A DNA stretch of 27,692 nt from a virus (IMGVR_UViG_3300033475_000127:1-27692), one strand, 5' to 3'; positions 1 to 7,579 are shown, counted from the first letter of the stretch. A program made the numbers and translations. Notes: generated by a model from the sequence alone, not told the origin.

Positions 1-311
1 CCGTCGCCGCCAGTCGCCATGTCGAGTTCTTGGATGGCCTCGGAATAGCCGTCCCGTTTGCCGATCTCGTAAGCTTCGTCCGCTTCGTCTTCCCCCTCCC
101 GCTTGCTCGTATCGTCTTGCGGGCGATAGCGGGCCATGGAGAGGAGGGAAAGGACTGCGGCCGGGCTGATCGCGCGGATAAAATCAGCATGGCGCGGAAC
201 GCTGGCATTCCCTAGCGTCCATGCATGGATGTCGTTCGCCGCGAACGCCAGCGCTTCTATTTCATCCAGCTTTGCCTCGCTCAGCGAGGCGGTGTTCGGA
301 TTAACGGTCAT
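1..311 (-). CDS. ead/Ea22-like phage protein (runs off the left edge)
   Basis: Not in the ORF track. Read manually from ATG at 311: MTVNPNTASLSEAKLDEIEALAFAANDIHAWTLGNASVPRHADFIRAISPAAVLSLLSMARY...; ADFIRAISPAAVLSLL resembles the Ea22/ead A.FIAAA.P..VL.LL motif; overlaps the end of the upstream gene. Confidence 0.6.
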   Translation of the reverse strand, partial: MTVNPNTASLSEAKLDEIEALAFAANDIHAWTLGNASVPRHADFIRAISPAAVLSLLSMARYRPQDDTSKREGEDEADEAYEIGKRDGYSEAIQELDMATGGD

Positions 312-750
312 GGGAGGGCTCCAGCGATTTGATGCGAGCGTCGTTCATCATCGGGTTCGCGACGATCGAGATTTCCCAGAGATCGACCTGCAACAGGCGC
401 CGATATCCCGTGCCGGGATCGCGCGTCGCCTTCTCGGTCCGGAAGCCGATCGAGAGACCGTCGATGGCGCGGGCCCCGATCAGCCGCCGGAGCGCATCGG
501 CGCGCGGCACGCCGGCGGTCAGCCGGCCTTCGACCCACAAACCGAAGCCGTCCTCGGCGATGCGCTCCCAGGCGCCAACCGGCTCCTTCGAGTTGTGGTG
601 AAACAGCATCCGGATGCGTCCGCGCTGATCACCCTGAAGGCTCCGTGCAAATGCTCCTGGCATCACGATGTCGCCGCCATTGTCGACCGAACCAAAAACG
701 CTCGCGTATCCGGCAAAGCGGCCTTCGGCGTCAATTGGGAGTTCGCCCAT
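301..750 (-). CDS. HK97-family prohead protease, GTA-type (149 aa)
   Basis: MGELPIDAEGRFAGYASVFG...GDIVMPGAF...MLFHH...VG.W...ED.FGLWVEG...DGLSIGF...LWEISIV..PM...ARI; the putative catalytic His and Ser motifs are present; ATG at 750 overlaps the TGA of the upstream gene. Confidence 0.9.
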   Translation of the reverse strand: MGELPIDAEGRFAGYASVFGSVDNGGDIVMPGAFARSLQGDQRGRIRMLFHHNSKEPVGAWERIAEDGFGLWVEGRLTAGVPRADALRRLIGARAIDGLSIGFRTEKATRDPGTGYRRLLQVDLWEISIVANPMMNDARIKSLEPSHDR

Positions 751-1631
751 CAGCCTTCTCCTTCCTGCTCGGGGACCGGTCCGGCTGGGAGGGAGAGGGC
801 GGCAACGGCTTTGCGCAGCATCTCGCGAGCCGGGCCGTTTAAATAGGTGAAGTCGTCTGGCGACGAGCGCGCGATCTCGGCGCATACTCGCATTTGGCCG
901 ATCAATCCCTCCCGCTGGCTCGTGTCGTCCTTGGCTGCTGCCGGAGGGGTAGTGGTAAACAAGCCTTCAATCATGTGACGCACCATCGCCTTGGCCTGCG
1001 TTGCATCGAACAGGTTGGTGCCGGTTGGCCTGCGAGTGTACTCGTATGTCGAGTTACCAGCGTTACCTCGGGGATCGAAGGTGATCCCGTTATCCGGGTT
1101 GAAGCTCTCGGGCAGCCTCCAGCCGAGGAAGCGGTTCACCATGTGTTCAATCTGCGCCTCGGTCAGCCCTGCCAGTTCCGCCCGTGCGGGCTCGGCAGGA
1201 GGGGTTACGAGGGCGGAGAGGATGCGAGCCTCGTAATCTGCTTGGGCGGAGGCTTTGGCGTCTTCGATCGTGAGGTGATAATCACCCATGCACCAACGGG
1301 AGCCGTTTCGCTGCTTAGGACCGATAACGAACTGGCCCAGCATTGAGCGAGCTGTAAACTCGTCCCTGATGTCGGGGCCATGCCACTCCAGCCCCTTCAC
1401 CGCTACCGGCTTCTGTCCCTCGGATAGGGAGCGGCGGTTCCAGTATGTCACCGCGTCGTCGGCGTTGACGCCGGTCTCGGACGGGGCTTCTAGGCCGCAG
1501 TTTGGGCATGCAACCCACGACATTGCGGCTTGGTTGTTGGTCGTAAGGCGCACCTGCTCATTGCCGCAAAACGGACAGGGCAAAAGCGTCATCTTCTCTG
1601 TTGAGGTCATGGCTGCATTCGATGTGGTCAT
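750..1631 (-). CDS. Lar-family restriction alleviation domain fused to additional phage modules (293 aa)
   Basis: LLPCPFCG...VACPNCG...AVTYWNRR is the Lar signature; start chosen at the ATGA overlap (1631) rather than the long ORF-track start. Confidence 0.75.
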   Translation of the reverse strand: MTTSNAAMTSTEKMTLLPCPFCGNEQVRLTTNNQAAMSWVACPNCGLEAPSETGVNADDAVTYWNRRSLSEGQKPVAVKGLEWHGPDIRDEFTARSMLGQFVIGPKQRNGSRWCMGDYHLTIEDAKASAQADYEARILSALVTPPAEPARAELAGLTEAQIEHMVNRFLGWRLPESFNPDNGITFDPRGNAGNSTYEYTRRPTGTNLFDATQAKAMVRHMIEGLFTTTPPAAAKDDTSQREGLIGQMRVCAEIARSSPDDFTYLNGPAREMLRKAVAALSLPAGPVPEQEGEG

Positions 1632-2044
1632 TCTGCGGCCTTTGTGTTGGCGTCGGGGAAATAGCCGACCCGCTTGGTTGGGGGAGTGGTGGCGGTCTTC
1701 TGGGGAGCGGCCTTGGCAAAACCGGCGCTTTGGAATCGAGAGCGCGGTCGGATGCCGAGGTGAAAGTCGGAGACGCGCTTGCCCTTCGCGAGAACCGGAA
1801 TATCGTAGTTGGCGGTTTTCCAGGCGTGGCACTTCGGGCAGCAGGCAACGCAATTGGCGAGCGTATCGCTGTCCTCGTCGCCGGCCGGCAGCGGATAGTG
1901 GTCGAACTCCACGCCCTTGGTATCGAGCGGGGCGCAGCAGCGATGGCCAGCCGGGAGCCCATAGACCGCACCAATAGCCTCGCAGAACCCGCCTGAACGT
2001 GTCCGGGCCTCGCGCTTTACCTTCGTTGGGAACTCGTGCCTCAT
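1628..2044 (-). CDS. HNH endonuclease-like protein
   Basis: CEAIG...C...VEFDH...NCVACCPKCHAWKT HNH/Zn pattern; ATGA overlaps on both sides. Confidence 0.75.
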   Translation of the reverse strand: MRHEFPTKVKREARTRSGGFCEAIGAVYGLPAGHRCCAPLDTKGVEFDHYPLPAGDEDSDTLANCVACCPKCHAWKTANYDIPVLAKGKRVSDFHLGIRPRSRFQSAGFAKAAPQKTATTPPTKRVGYFPDANTKAAE

Positions 2045-2397
2045 GATGCCAGCCAGTCCTCAAGATCAACCTGAGGGCTTTTCCGGCGGCGCGTGCGGGC
2101 GGCGTTCTTCTGATGGTGAGCGGCATCCCATTGCAGATGGCAGCGTTGGCAAAGCGCGCGGCACCGGATCGGGTCGGCGTGGCTTTCGTCCCAATCCATG
2201 TGGGCGATGGTGAGCACTACCTTGCTGCCCGTTTCCGGGTGCGGCTGGCCATTATCGGCGCGGCACTCCGGATGCTGGGGCGTTCCCTCGCAGCGGTTAC
2301 CGGCGCGTTCGATGATGCTGGCACGAAACGCCTTCCACTCTTTCGAGTGAGTTCCGCCGCCCGGATAGAGTTTCATGCGCTCAGGACGGATTGGCAT
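2041..2397 (-). CDS. HNH-like Zn-binding phage protein
   Basis: RAGNRCEG...VVLTIAHMD...RALCQRCHLQWD. Confidence 0.7.
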   Translation of the reverse strand: MPIRPERMKLYPGGGTHSKEWKAFRASIIERAGNRCEGTPQHPECRADNGQPHPETGSKVVLTIAHMDWDESHADPIRCRALCQRCHLQWDAAHHQKNAARTRRRKSPQVDLEDWLAS

Positions 2398-2628
2398 CTA
2401 CGCCCCCCGCTCAATAGCTTCAGCCTCTTGGCGGCCGGCAGCGGTGACAGTCCATCGTGGCCCGTCGTCAGTCATTTCATCCGTCGCGCGGCCCTTCTTG
2501 ACGAGCGAGCGCAACAGCCCGACCAGCATGCCGCCGAACTCGCTCGCTGCGGCATCGCCGGGGACGATTGAGCCTTCACGAGCCAGGGCGATGAGAGCGC
2601 GTTCTTCGGGAGAGAGCTTGCGGGTCAT
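2398..2628 (-). CDS. hypothetical protein (possible winged helix)
   Basis: Abuts both neighbours; LRSLVKKG...WTVTAAGR resembles a wHTH wing. Confidence 0.55.
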   Translation of the reverse strand: MTRKLSPEERALIALAREGSIVPGDAAASEFGGMLVGLLRSLVKKGRATDEMTDDGPRWTVTAAGRQEAEAIERGA

Positions 2629-3092
2629 GCTGCCCTCCGCTGATCGGCGTCAGCCAACGCGTCACCCGGATCGGTCAGGATGATGCCCATCGCCGAATAG
2701 TGCCGATGGATCGCATCGAGATAGGCGCTCTTCTGCTTGCTCGTCATGATGCGGGTGACCGGCATATCCAGCGGCTCCATCATGAAGGCGAGCTTCTGCT
2801 CATAGGGCAGCGGCTTGACGAACCGGTCGTACTTCTGGGCGAACGCCTCGTTCTCGTGTCGCAGGATGGGGACACCGAATTGCAGTTTGCAGAGCCCGCG
2901 GATTTCCTCCGCCATCTGGTCCTCAATCTGGTCGGCGATTTCCTTGACCCATAGCCTCTGGAGCCGGTTCTGGTCGGCCGAGCGCTTCCGCCCGCGCTCG
3001 ATAGTGATGCCGAACGGGAGCTTCTGTTGAGCCACATAGGCCATCAGCAGCTTGCGGTCGTCCTCGGTTTCTATAAAGCGCGTGGCCATCAT
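2625..3092 (-). CDS. ninB: NinB/YbcN-like recombination protein
   Basis: KRSADQNRL..LW..EIA and T..MT..Q.S.YLD.I motifs; recombination-module context. Confidence 0.65.
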   Translation of the reverse strand: MMATRFIETEDDRKLLMAYVAQQKLPFGITIERGRKRSADQNRLQRLWVKEIADQIEDQMAEEIRGLCKLQFGVPILRHENEAFAQKYDRFVKPLPYEQKLAFMMEPLDMPVTRIMTSKQKSAYLDAIHRHYSAMGIILTDPGDALADADQRRAA

Positions 3093-3277
3093 CCAGCTCC
3101 CAGCAGGGCGGCCAGATCCATGGTCCGCTTGCGAAGCGCTTCCTTCAGCGCGTCACGATCGGCTTGTGGCCGGTGCTCAACGTCCATGACCGCTTCAGCA
3201 TCGCGAGCGATATCCGACAGCGCCTCAAGGTTCTTGGCATGGTCGATGCGGGTCTGGATGATGGCGATATCCTTCAT
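3089..3277 (-). CDS. hypothetical protein
   Basis: GAGGAGG RBS, ATGA overlap with the next gene. Confidence 0.6.
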   Translation of the reverse strand: MKDIAIIQTRIDHAKNLEALSDIARDAEAVMDVEHRPQADRDALKEALRKRTMDLAALLGAG

Positions 3278-3288
3278 CGTGCGCCTCC

Positions 3289-3519
3289 TCAGTACGGAAT
3301 ATCGTCCATCGGCCCGCGCGCGCCCTTGGGGGCGTTCTGGCGGTCATCCTGAGGCAGTCGCAGCAGGATTTTGAACTGGCCTTCCACGGGCGCCGGCATG
3401 GCGTCGAGCAAGAGGTTCCAGCCGGTGCCATCCTTGGATTCGAATGCGACGCCGAGGCGCGTGAAGTAGCTTTTGCCGTTGCTTTCGCGCACCGATAGCG
3501 CGTCGAGACGATTGGCCAT
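3289..3519 (-). CDS. small putative ssDNA-binding protein (DUF736/PC4-like) with acidic DDIPY tail
   Basis: GKSYFTRLGVAF...GWNLLLDAMP; SSB-like C-terminal DDIPY; immediately follows the annealase. Confidence 0.55.
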   Translation of the reverse strand: MANRLDALSVRESNGKSYFTRLGVAFESKDGTGWNLLLDAMPAPVEGQFKILLRLPQDDRQNAPKGARGPMDDIPY

Positions 3520-4235
3520 TATGCATTCTCCGTTTGCAGGTGATCGAAGTTCGGCTTCACGGGAGCCGCTGCCTTGCCGAGCTCGAGGATTTTGGCGTCG
3601 CGCTCGGCAACAAGTTTGGGTTGCCAGTCAAGAGGGATGCTTTCCTTGTCGGCCATGGCAGCGCTCCAGGCGGCGCGCAGATCATCCTTGGTTGTCGCAG
3701 CGCGGATGGCTGCTTCGTGCTTGGCGTAGATCGTGCGGCCATCCGACTTGCTGGGCGTCGGCGTGTCGGGCGTGTGGGCAGGTGCCGACGGGGCAGAGCG
3801 CACACACGACCATGGATCGGCCGTCCAGCGTTTCCAGTGCTTCTTGCCGTTCGACTCGTAGCTCTCGCAGGGCACCCATGGGGTTTCGATGGCGTACAGG
3901 TAACGGCCAACACCCCATTTGACGGCGGCGCGCTTGAGGGCATCGCTGATCGCGCCCTTCTCGGCTTCAACATCGCTGTCGCCGGCGCCGTCCGCCTTCG
4001 TCACCCACTCGTTGCCGATGCGGAGCGAGAGGTAGCAAACCGTGCGCGGGCCGTGGAACTCGTAGCGATCCTGCCAGTTCTCGGGGCCGCACACCTTATC
4101 GAGCCGGTCCATCACGTCTCTCGCGTCGATGTAGGCCAGCGCCAGAGCTTTATCGCCGGATTTGGTCATGCTCTGAGCGCGCCATGAAACGGCATTGCGC
4201 GGAAACTCTGCCGACAGGGCAGCGGGATCGAACAT
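3519..4235 (-). CDS. Rad52/Rad22-family (Sak-like) single-strand annealing protein (238 aa)
   Basis: LAYIDARDVMDRLD.VCGPENWQD.Y...KADG...EAEKGAISDALKRAAVKWGVGRYLY; start at ATG 4235 (MFDPAAL). Confidence 0.85.
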   Translation of the reverse strand: MFDPAALSAEFPRNAVSWRAQSMTKSGDKALALAYIDARDVMDRLDKVCGPENWQDRYEFHGPRTVCYLSLRIGNEWVTKADGAGDSDVEAEKGAISDALKRAAVKWGVGRYLYAIETPWVPCESYESNGKKHWKRWTADPWSCVRSAPSAPAHTPDTPTPSKSDGRTIYAKHEAAIRAATTKDDLRAAWSAAMADKESIPLDWQPKLVAERDAKILELGKAAAPVKPNFDHLQTENA

Positions 4236-4236
4236 G

Positions 4237-4749
4237 TCACTTCGTCCTGATGGAAAGGTGCGGCTCTCCGGCCTCGAGGCGAGCGCCGGGAATGGCCTGG
4301 TTATCGTTGAGCGCGTCCGCAAGTTCGGTCTTGAGCGGCACGCGCTCCAGCCGGAAGAAGCCCTGCGGCAGCGCCTCGGCGTCATCGACCACAACCCGCG
4401 TCCGCCCCTTGGCGATACTGATGGTCGCCTCGGGCAGCGTGACCTTCTTCTGTTCAGCGGCGCGCATCATGCCGAAGGCCAAGGTCTTCATGGCATCCGC
4501 CTTACGCTTGAATCGGTCGCCGCGCTCCTTGGCACTATCGGCGCGGCCATATGCTGCTTCGGCCATTCCTGAGGCGTCGAGGAAGGCGTCCGTCACAGCC
4601 GCCAAGACGTGCTCAAAATCCGTCTCGCCCTCGATCGTGCTGGCGAGCAGATCGGCGTCTTCCACCAACTCGGGATAGGCTTCCTTGAGCCGCTGAATGT
4701 GCACCGTGGTGAAGGCGGCATCGACGGCGATACGATCACGAACGGGCAT
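4237..4749 (-). CDS. Siphovirus Gp157-family protein (170 aa)
   Basis: TIEGETD...KKVTLPEATISI...IPGARL...LSIRTK; adjacent to the annealase; start at ATG 4749. Confidence 0.8.
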   Translation of the reverse strand: MPVRDRIAVDAAFTTVHIQRLKEAYPELVEDADLLASTIEGETDFEHVLAAVTDAFLDASGMAEAAYGRADSAKERGDRFKRKADAMKTLAFGMMRAAEQKKVTLPEATISIAKGRTRVVVDDAEALPQGFFRLERVPLKTELADALNDNQAIPGARLEAGEPHLSIRTK

Positions 4750-4981
4750 AGCTACGGTCCTTCCGGTCCATGGCCTTTTGGAGATACCAGTTGGCCTGAA
4801 AGCGCTTTTCTGCTGCCTCCTTGGCGAACCGGTTGGCGGCATTGATGTTGCCCTGAGCCTCGGCTTCTTCGGCCCATTGCGCCCGCTGGACGCTGATGCG
4901 GCTGAGCGTGTGCGCCAGCGAGGCGAAGCTGCGGATTTCGGCCTTGATGCGGGCCGGATGCTCAATGACTATCGCGTTCAA
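4736..4981 (-). CDS. hypothetical protein
   Basis: GGAGG followed by a TTG start at 4981; helical protein packed between neighbours. Confidence 0.5.
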   Translation of the reverse strand: MNAIVIEHPARIKAEIRSFASLAHTLSRISVQRAQWAEEAEAQGNINAANRFAKEAAEKRFQANWYLQKAMDRKDRSYARS

Positions 4982-5171
4982 GATCAGCCTCCATGTCAGC
5001 TTTGAAGCGTTCCAAGTCGGTGCAGCGGCGGTCAGAGATAAGACCGGCGGCGCGCGTGATTTCGTGCTCAACCGGCACCCAAATGCCGTCCGCGGGCATG
5101 ATCCACTTGGGTTCGATTGAGGTGGCCCCCTCGGGCTCGGTTTGCTCTGGGAGGGGTAAGGGACGGCTCAT
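4962..5171 (-). CDS. hypothetical protein
   Basis: ATGA overlap at 5171 (MSRPLPLPEQ...). Confidence 0.5.
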   Translation of the reverse strand: MSRPLPLPEQTEPEGATSIEPKWIMPADGIWVPVEHEITRAAGLISDRRCTDLERFKADMEADLERDSH

Positions 5172-5329
5172 TTCCGCCCGCCATGTTTGGCAGCGACGTG
5201 CATTCCCCACGCTTCCCGCGAGCTGAATTTCTTCCCGCAGGCGGCACACGGGAAATGCTGCGCTGCTCCGCTCGGCTTCCCTTCGGTTGCGTCGTATCCA
5301 CGATAGTTTTCGTGACTAATGTCAGCCAT
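5168..5329 (-). CDS. C2H2 zinc-finger peptide (53 aa)
   Basis: FPCAACGKKFSSREAWGMHVAAKH fits F-x-C-x2-C-x3-F-x8-H-x4-H; GGAGG RBS; start and stop both overlap neighbours. Confidence 0.7.
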   Translation of the reverse strand: MADISHENYRGYDATEGKPSGAAQHFPCAACGKKFSSREAWGMHVAAKHGGRK

Positions 5330-5484
5330 TACGCGAACCCTCCCGTCGCCAAGGCCAGTTCGGCCCAACCGCCGATCACGCCGACAACCACGATTGCCGC
5401 GATCCAGCCGATTTCCGTCCAGGTCGCATTCCCCGGCAGCCTATCCAGCCATGAGAGGGAGGGTTGGGAGATGGAGGGGATCAT
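5329..5484 (-). CDS. small membrane protein (51 aa)
   Basis: Below the track cutoff. MIPSISQPSLSWLDRLPGNATWTEIGWIAAIVVVGVIGGWAELALATGGFA; one hydrophobic helix; overlaps both neighbours. Confidence 0.55.
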   Translation of the reverse strand: MIPSISQPSLSWLDRLPGNATWTEIGWIAAIVVVGVIGGWAELALATGGFA

Positions 5485-5714
5485 GCCGGGACCCCGCCGT
5501 TGGCGCGAAGCTGGCGATTGCCGGCCTTGATGCGCTCCGCTAACTGTGCGTCCGCGATCAGGTCGGAAAGCAGCTCGTCAACGGCGTCATCGGTCAGAAT
5601 GCCGAGGCGACGCCCGCGCTTGAGGAAAAGGCGCAAAACCCCTTCCTGCACGCGATTACGGCCGAAGTCTTCAATCGCTAACTCCCGGTCGGCGCGAGTG
5701 AACAGCGCGTCCAT
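5481..5714 (-). CDS. hypothetical protein
   Basis: Tightly packed in the operon. Confidence 0.55.
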   Translation of the reverse strand: MDALFTRADRELAIEDFGRNRVQEGVLRLFLKRGRRLGILTDDAVDELLSDLIADAQLAERIKAGNRQLRANGGVPA

Positions 5715-5716
5715 GG

Positions 5717-5971
5717 CTATGCTGCCTTTGCGTGTTTGATGTCTTCGGAGAGGCGGAGGGAGAGGTTTTCTCGGACCCAGCCGTCATAGAATTCCTGCGC
5801 GGGCCGGCTCTGGTCGTGGTATTGCAGGGTCACGTCCCAAGACTTGCTGGTCAGGAACAGGTCCTTGCCTTCGAGGCGGGCCAAGCGGCCATCCAGGTCG
5901 TAGTGGTCGATGCCATCGGCCTCGAGCGCGGCGATTTCAGCCTTTACGGATGCGATGCGAGCGGCGGTCAT
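5717..5971 (-). CDS. hypothetical protein
   Basis: GAGAGG RBS, ATGA overlap. Confidence 0.55.
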   Translation of the reverse strand: MTAARIASVKAEIAALEADGIDHYDLDGRLARLEGKDLFLTSKSWDVTLQYHDQSRPAQEFYDGWVRENLSLRLSEDIKHAKAA

Positions 5972-6189
5972 TTGGACCTCTCGGCAAGCATGGCGTCGGC
6001 GAACCGATAGGCACGTTCCGCTGCCACGTTAGTGGCATAAGCAACGTCCTCGGGCTCGGAGGCCAAGATCCCCGCCAGCGCCTGACCGGCGAACCAGTCG
6101 CGCAGCCACATGCCGGAATGCTCAAACTGCCACTCACGCGACCCGTTGCCGGGGAACGCAGGGTCTCCGTAGTCCTTGCGCTCGCTCAT
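5968..6189 (-). CDS. conserved phage hypothetical protein
   Basis: PAFP...GM.LRDWFAGQALAG...AY..ADAML motif, common in lambdoid early regions. Confidence 0.7.
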   Translation of the reverse strand: MSERKDYGDPAFPGNGSREWQFEHSGMWLRDWFAGQALAGILASEPEDVAYATNVAAERAYRFADAMLAERSK

Positions 6190-6551
6190 CAGGCGTCTCC
6201 CGCAGCGGCAATGGCGGCTACAAGGGCCTGCTCCACCCGATCCCAGCCAACGCCGTAGAGGTCGCCATGCTGCTCCCGGATGTACCGCCAGCCGGAGAGC
6301 GCATCATTGGCAGCGGCCAGCATCTGCTCATGGCTGTTCACGGCGCGGACGATGAAGGCGGCGTTGGCTTCCGCCTCTTCCTCTTTGAACGAGCGAGCGA
6401 GGGGGGAGCCGTGGCCAAGCTGAGTGCGGCATTCCGTGACCGGGTATCCCATGCCGAACGTCGAACTGTCGTTGGGATCATAGGCGCCCCAGATCAGGAC
6501 CGTCCCTTCCTCAACCCGCCAAGGCGTTTGCGTATGCTTCACTTCTGACAT
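6189..6551 (-). CDS. conserved phage hypothetical protein
   Basis: KHT.TPW...ANAAFIVRAVNSH motif; start at ATG 6551. Confidence 0.65.
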   Translation of the reverse strand: MSEVKHTQTPWRVEEGTVLIWGAYDPNDSSTFGMGYPVTECRTQLGHGSPLARSFKEEEAEANAAFIVRAVNSHEQMLAAANDALSGWRYIREQHGDLYGVGWDRVEQALVAAIAAAGDA

Positions 6552-6589
6552 TCCCCACCCCATCCTCTCGGCCTCGTTGGCCCTTGATC

Positions 6590-6642
6590 TGATCCACCTA
6601 GTGGAGCGTCGGAGAGTGTTCCGGCGCTCGGCTAGAGGATCA
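6590..6642. other. long imperfect intergenic hairpin (possible RNase III site or attenuator of the PL transcript)
   Basis: TGATCC..CTAG..GAGCG.CGGA-loop-TCCG.CGCTC..CTAG.GGATCA nested inverted repeat. Confidence 0.55.
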
Positions 6643-6858
6643 GGCGGCGGCCAAATAACGGGGGTCGGATGCGCGAGGGCGCCGAAACTTGGCGCTGCCA
6701 GAAAGTTCGTGGTCATAGCCAATTAGCCACTCGCGCTTGGCGTCCTTGCTCATGGTGACCCGGCCATAAGCAGTGGTATCGAGCGCGTCTGGCGCGACGC
6801 GGAGAGCGCCGGCCTTGGCGGCGTCGCGGCCATGGTTGAAGCAGACGATCAGTTCCAT
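6640..6858 (-). CDS. first PL gene; small protein with Rmf/CrpP-like pattern
   Basis: FNHGRDAAKAG...REWLIGYD; purine-rich RBS; just downstream of PL. Confidence 0.5.
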   Translation of the reverse strand: MELIVCFNHGRDAAKAGALRVAPDALDTTAYGRVTMSKDAKREWLIGYDHELSGSAKFRRPRASDPRYLAAA

Positions 6859-6929
6859 TCCCCATTCTCCCCATGTGCCAGGCTATTGCCGGGCGTTTCG
6901 GCCGGCGTTGGCCGGTATCGATGGGGAGA

Positions 6930-6958
6930 GTTGTAGCGGTAAAATTACCGGTCGTCAA
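6930..6958 (-). promoter_or_regulatory. leftward early promoter PL
   Basis: Minus strand TTGACG-17 bp-TACAAC; the spacer contains operator 6937-6950. Confidence 0.7.
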
Positions 6959-6981
6959 GCGTTGCGGCGGTAAAAAAACCG
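6937..6981. promoter_or_regulatory. OL operators: CGGTAAAATTACCG (6937-6950) and CGGTAAAAAAACCG (6968-6981)
   Basis: 14-bp palindromes CGGT-N6-ACCG, also found three times between cI and cro; a half-site ATTTTACCG ends at 7044. Confidence 0.85.
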
Positions 6982-7079
6982 ACGCAATGGCAGGCAGAAT
7001 CGCTACATGGAGAGACGGGAGCGCGCGTGACCTCGATTTTACCGCTGAGTGATTGCCGGGCCCGGTTAGCTCTCGTGGG

Positions 7080-7450
7080 CTCGGACGCGGAGAACCAAAC
7101 TTCCCTGTTCACTGAAATCGGTTGCTCGAAACTTTAGCGGGATGGGCGCTTGAACGGCGCTCATAAATCGGGGCAATGTACCTCTGGGTGTAGAAACCCT
7201 GACCGACACTATAGCCGTGCCCCGTAAAGGACACGGAGCAGCACATGCGCCTAGGGGGCGGCGCATGTGACGGCTGAAATCGTCCTCGAAAGGGGGCGAT
7301 GGGGCGGCGCTTGGCGGCGCGCTCCGACCTCGGCTCATCCGGCCGGAGGCGGGCGTTCTGTCCAGGGGGAAACCCTAAAAGCGCTCGACTTGTCGTGTCG
7401 GCAAGTTTCTACCCTCCGGCTCGCGGGCGCCCGTCTGCGCTCCGGACTAG
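7080..7450 (+). ncRNA. candidate structured non-coding RNA between OL and cI
   Basis: No convincing ORF; nested helices 7137-7149/7427-7438, 7186-7209/7395-7414, 7213-7218/7270-7275, 7242-7251/7260-7269 and a GAAA-tetraloop hairpin at 7279-7300; G-U pairs mostly favour the + strand. Confidence 0.4.
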
Positions 7451-7508
7451 ATACGGTTTATTCATATCGTCGTTCTCGTTCTCGACGGATTTAGCGCCTA
7501 GTGGTAGA

Positions 7509-7523
7509 GAACGGAACATGAAC
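7509..7523. promoter_or_regulatory. alphaproteobacterial LexA (SOS) box
   Basis: GAAC-GGAACAT-GAAC matches GAAC-N7-GAAC (GTTC-N7-GTTC on the other strand); intergenic, just past the cI stop. Confidence 0.7.
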
Positions 7524-7579
7524 ATACTCGGGGGCGGCGTTGACTGGTAGCGAAGGGGAGGACCTGGATTTCAGGGTCT

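Noticed and set aside
1-885. Left end is a host GTA cluster, i.e. the prophage boundary
   Set aside because: The protease is flanked by phage early genes on both sides, not by portal and major capsid genes; no att site or integrase is visible
750-2126. 458-aa ORF as given in the track
   Set aside because: The N-terminal part overlaps the HNH gene in another frame; the real start is the ATGA overlap at 1631
6875-6916. nut/boxB-like hairpins in the PL leader
   Set aside because: Short GC stems are present, but there is no boxA, no matching copy after PR and no N-like protein
7213-7240. Group II intron domain V, tmRNA or RNase P similarity
   Set aside because: Only the AGCCGT start resembles domain V; no proper domain V/VI geometry, tRNA-like ends or RNase P core motifs
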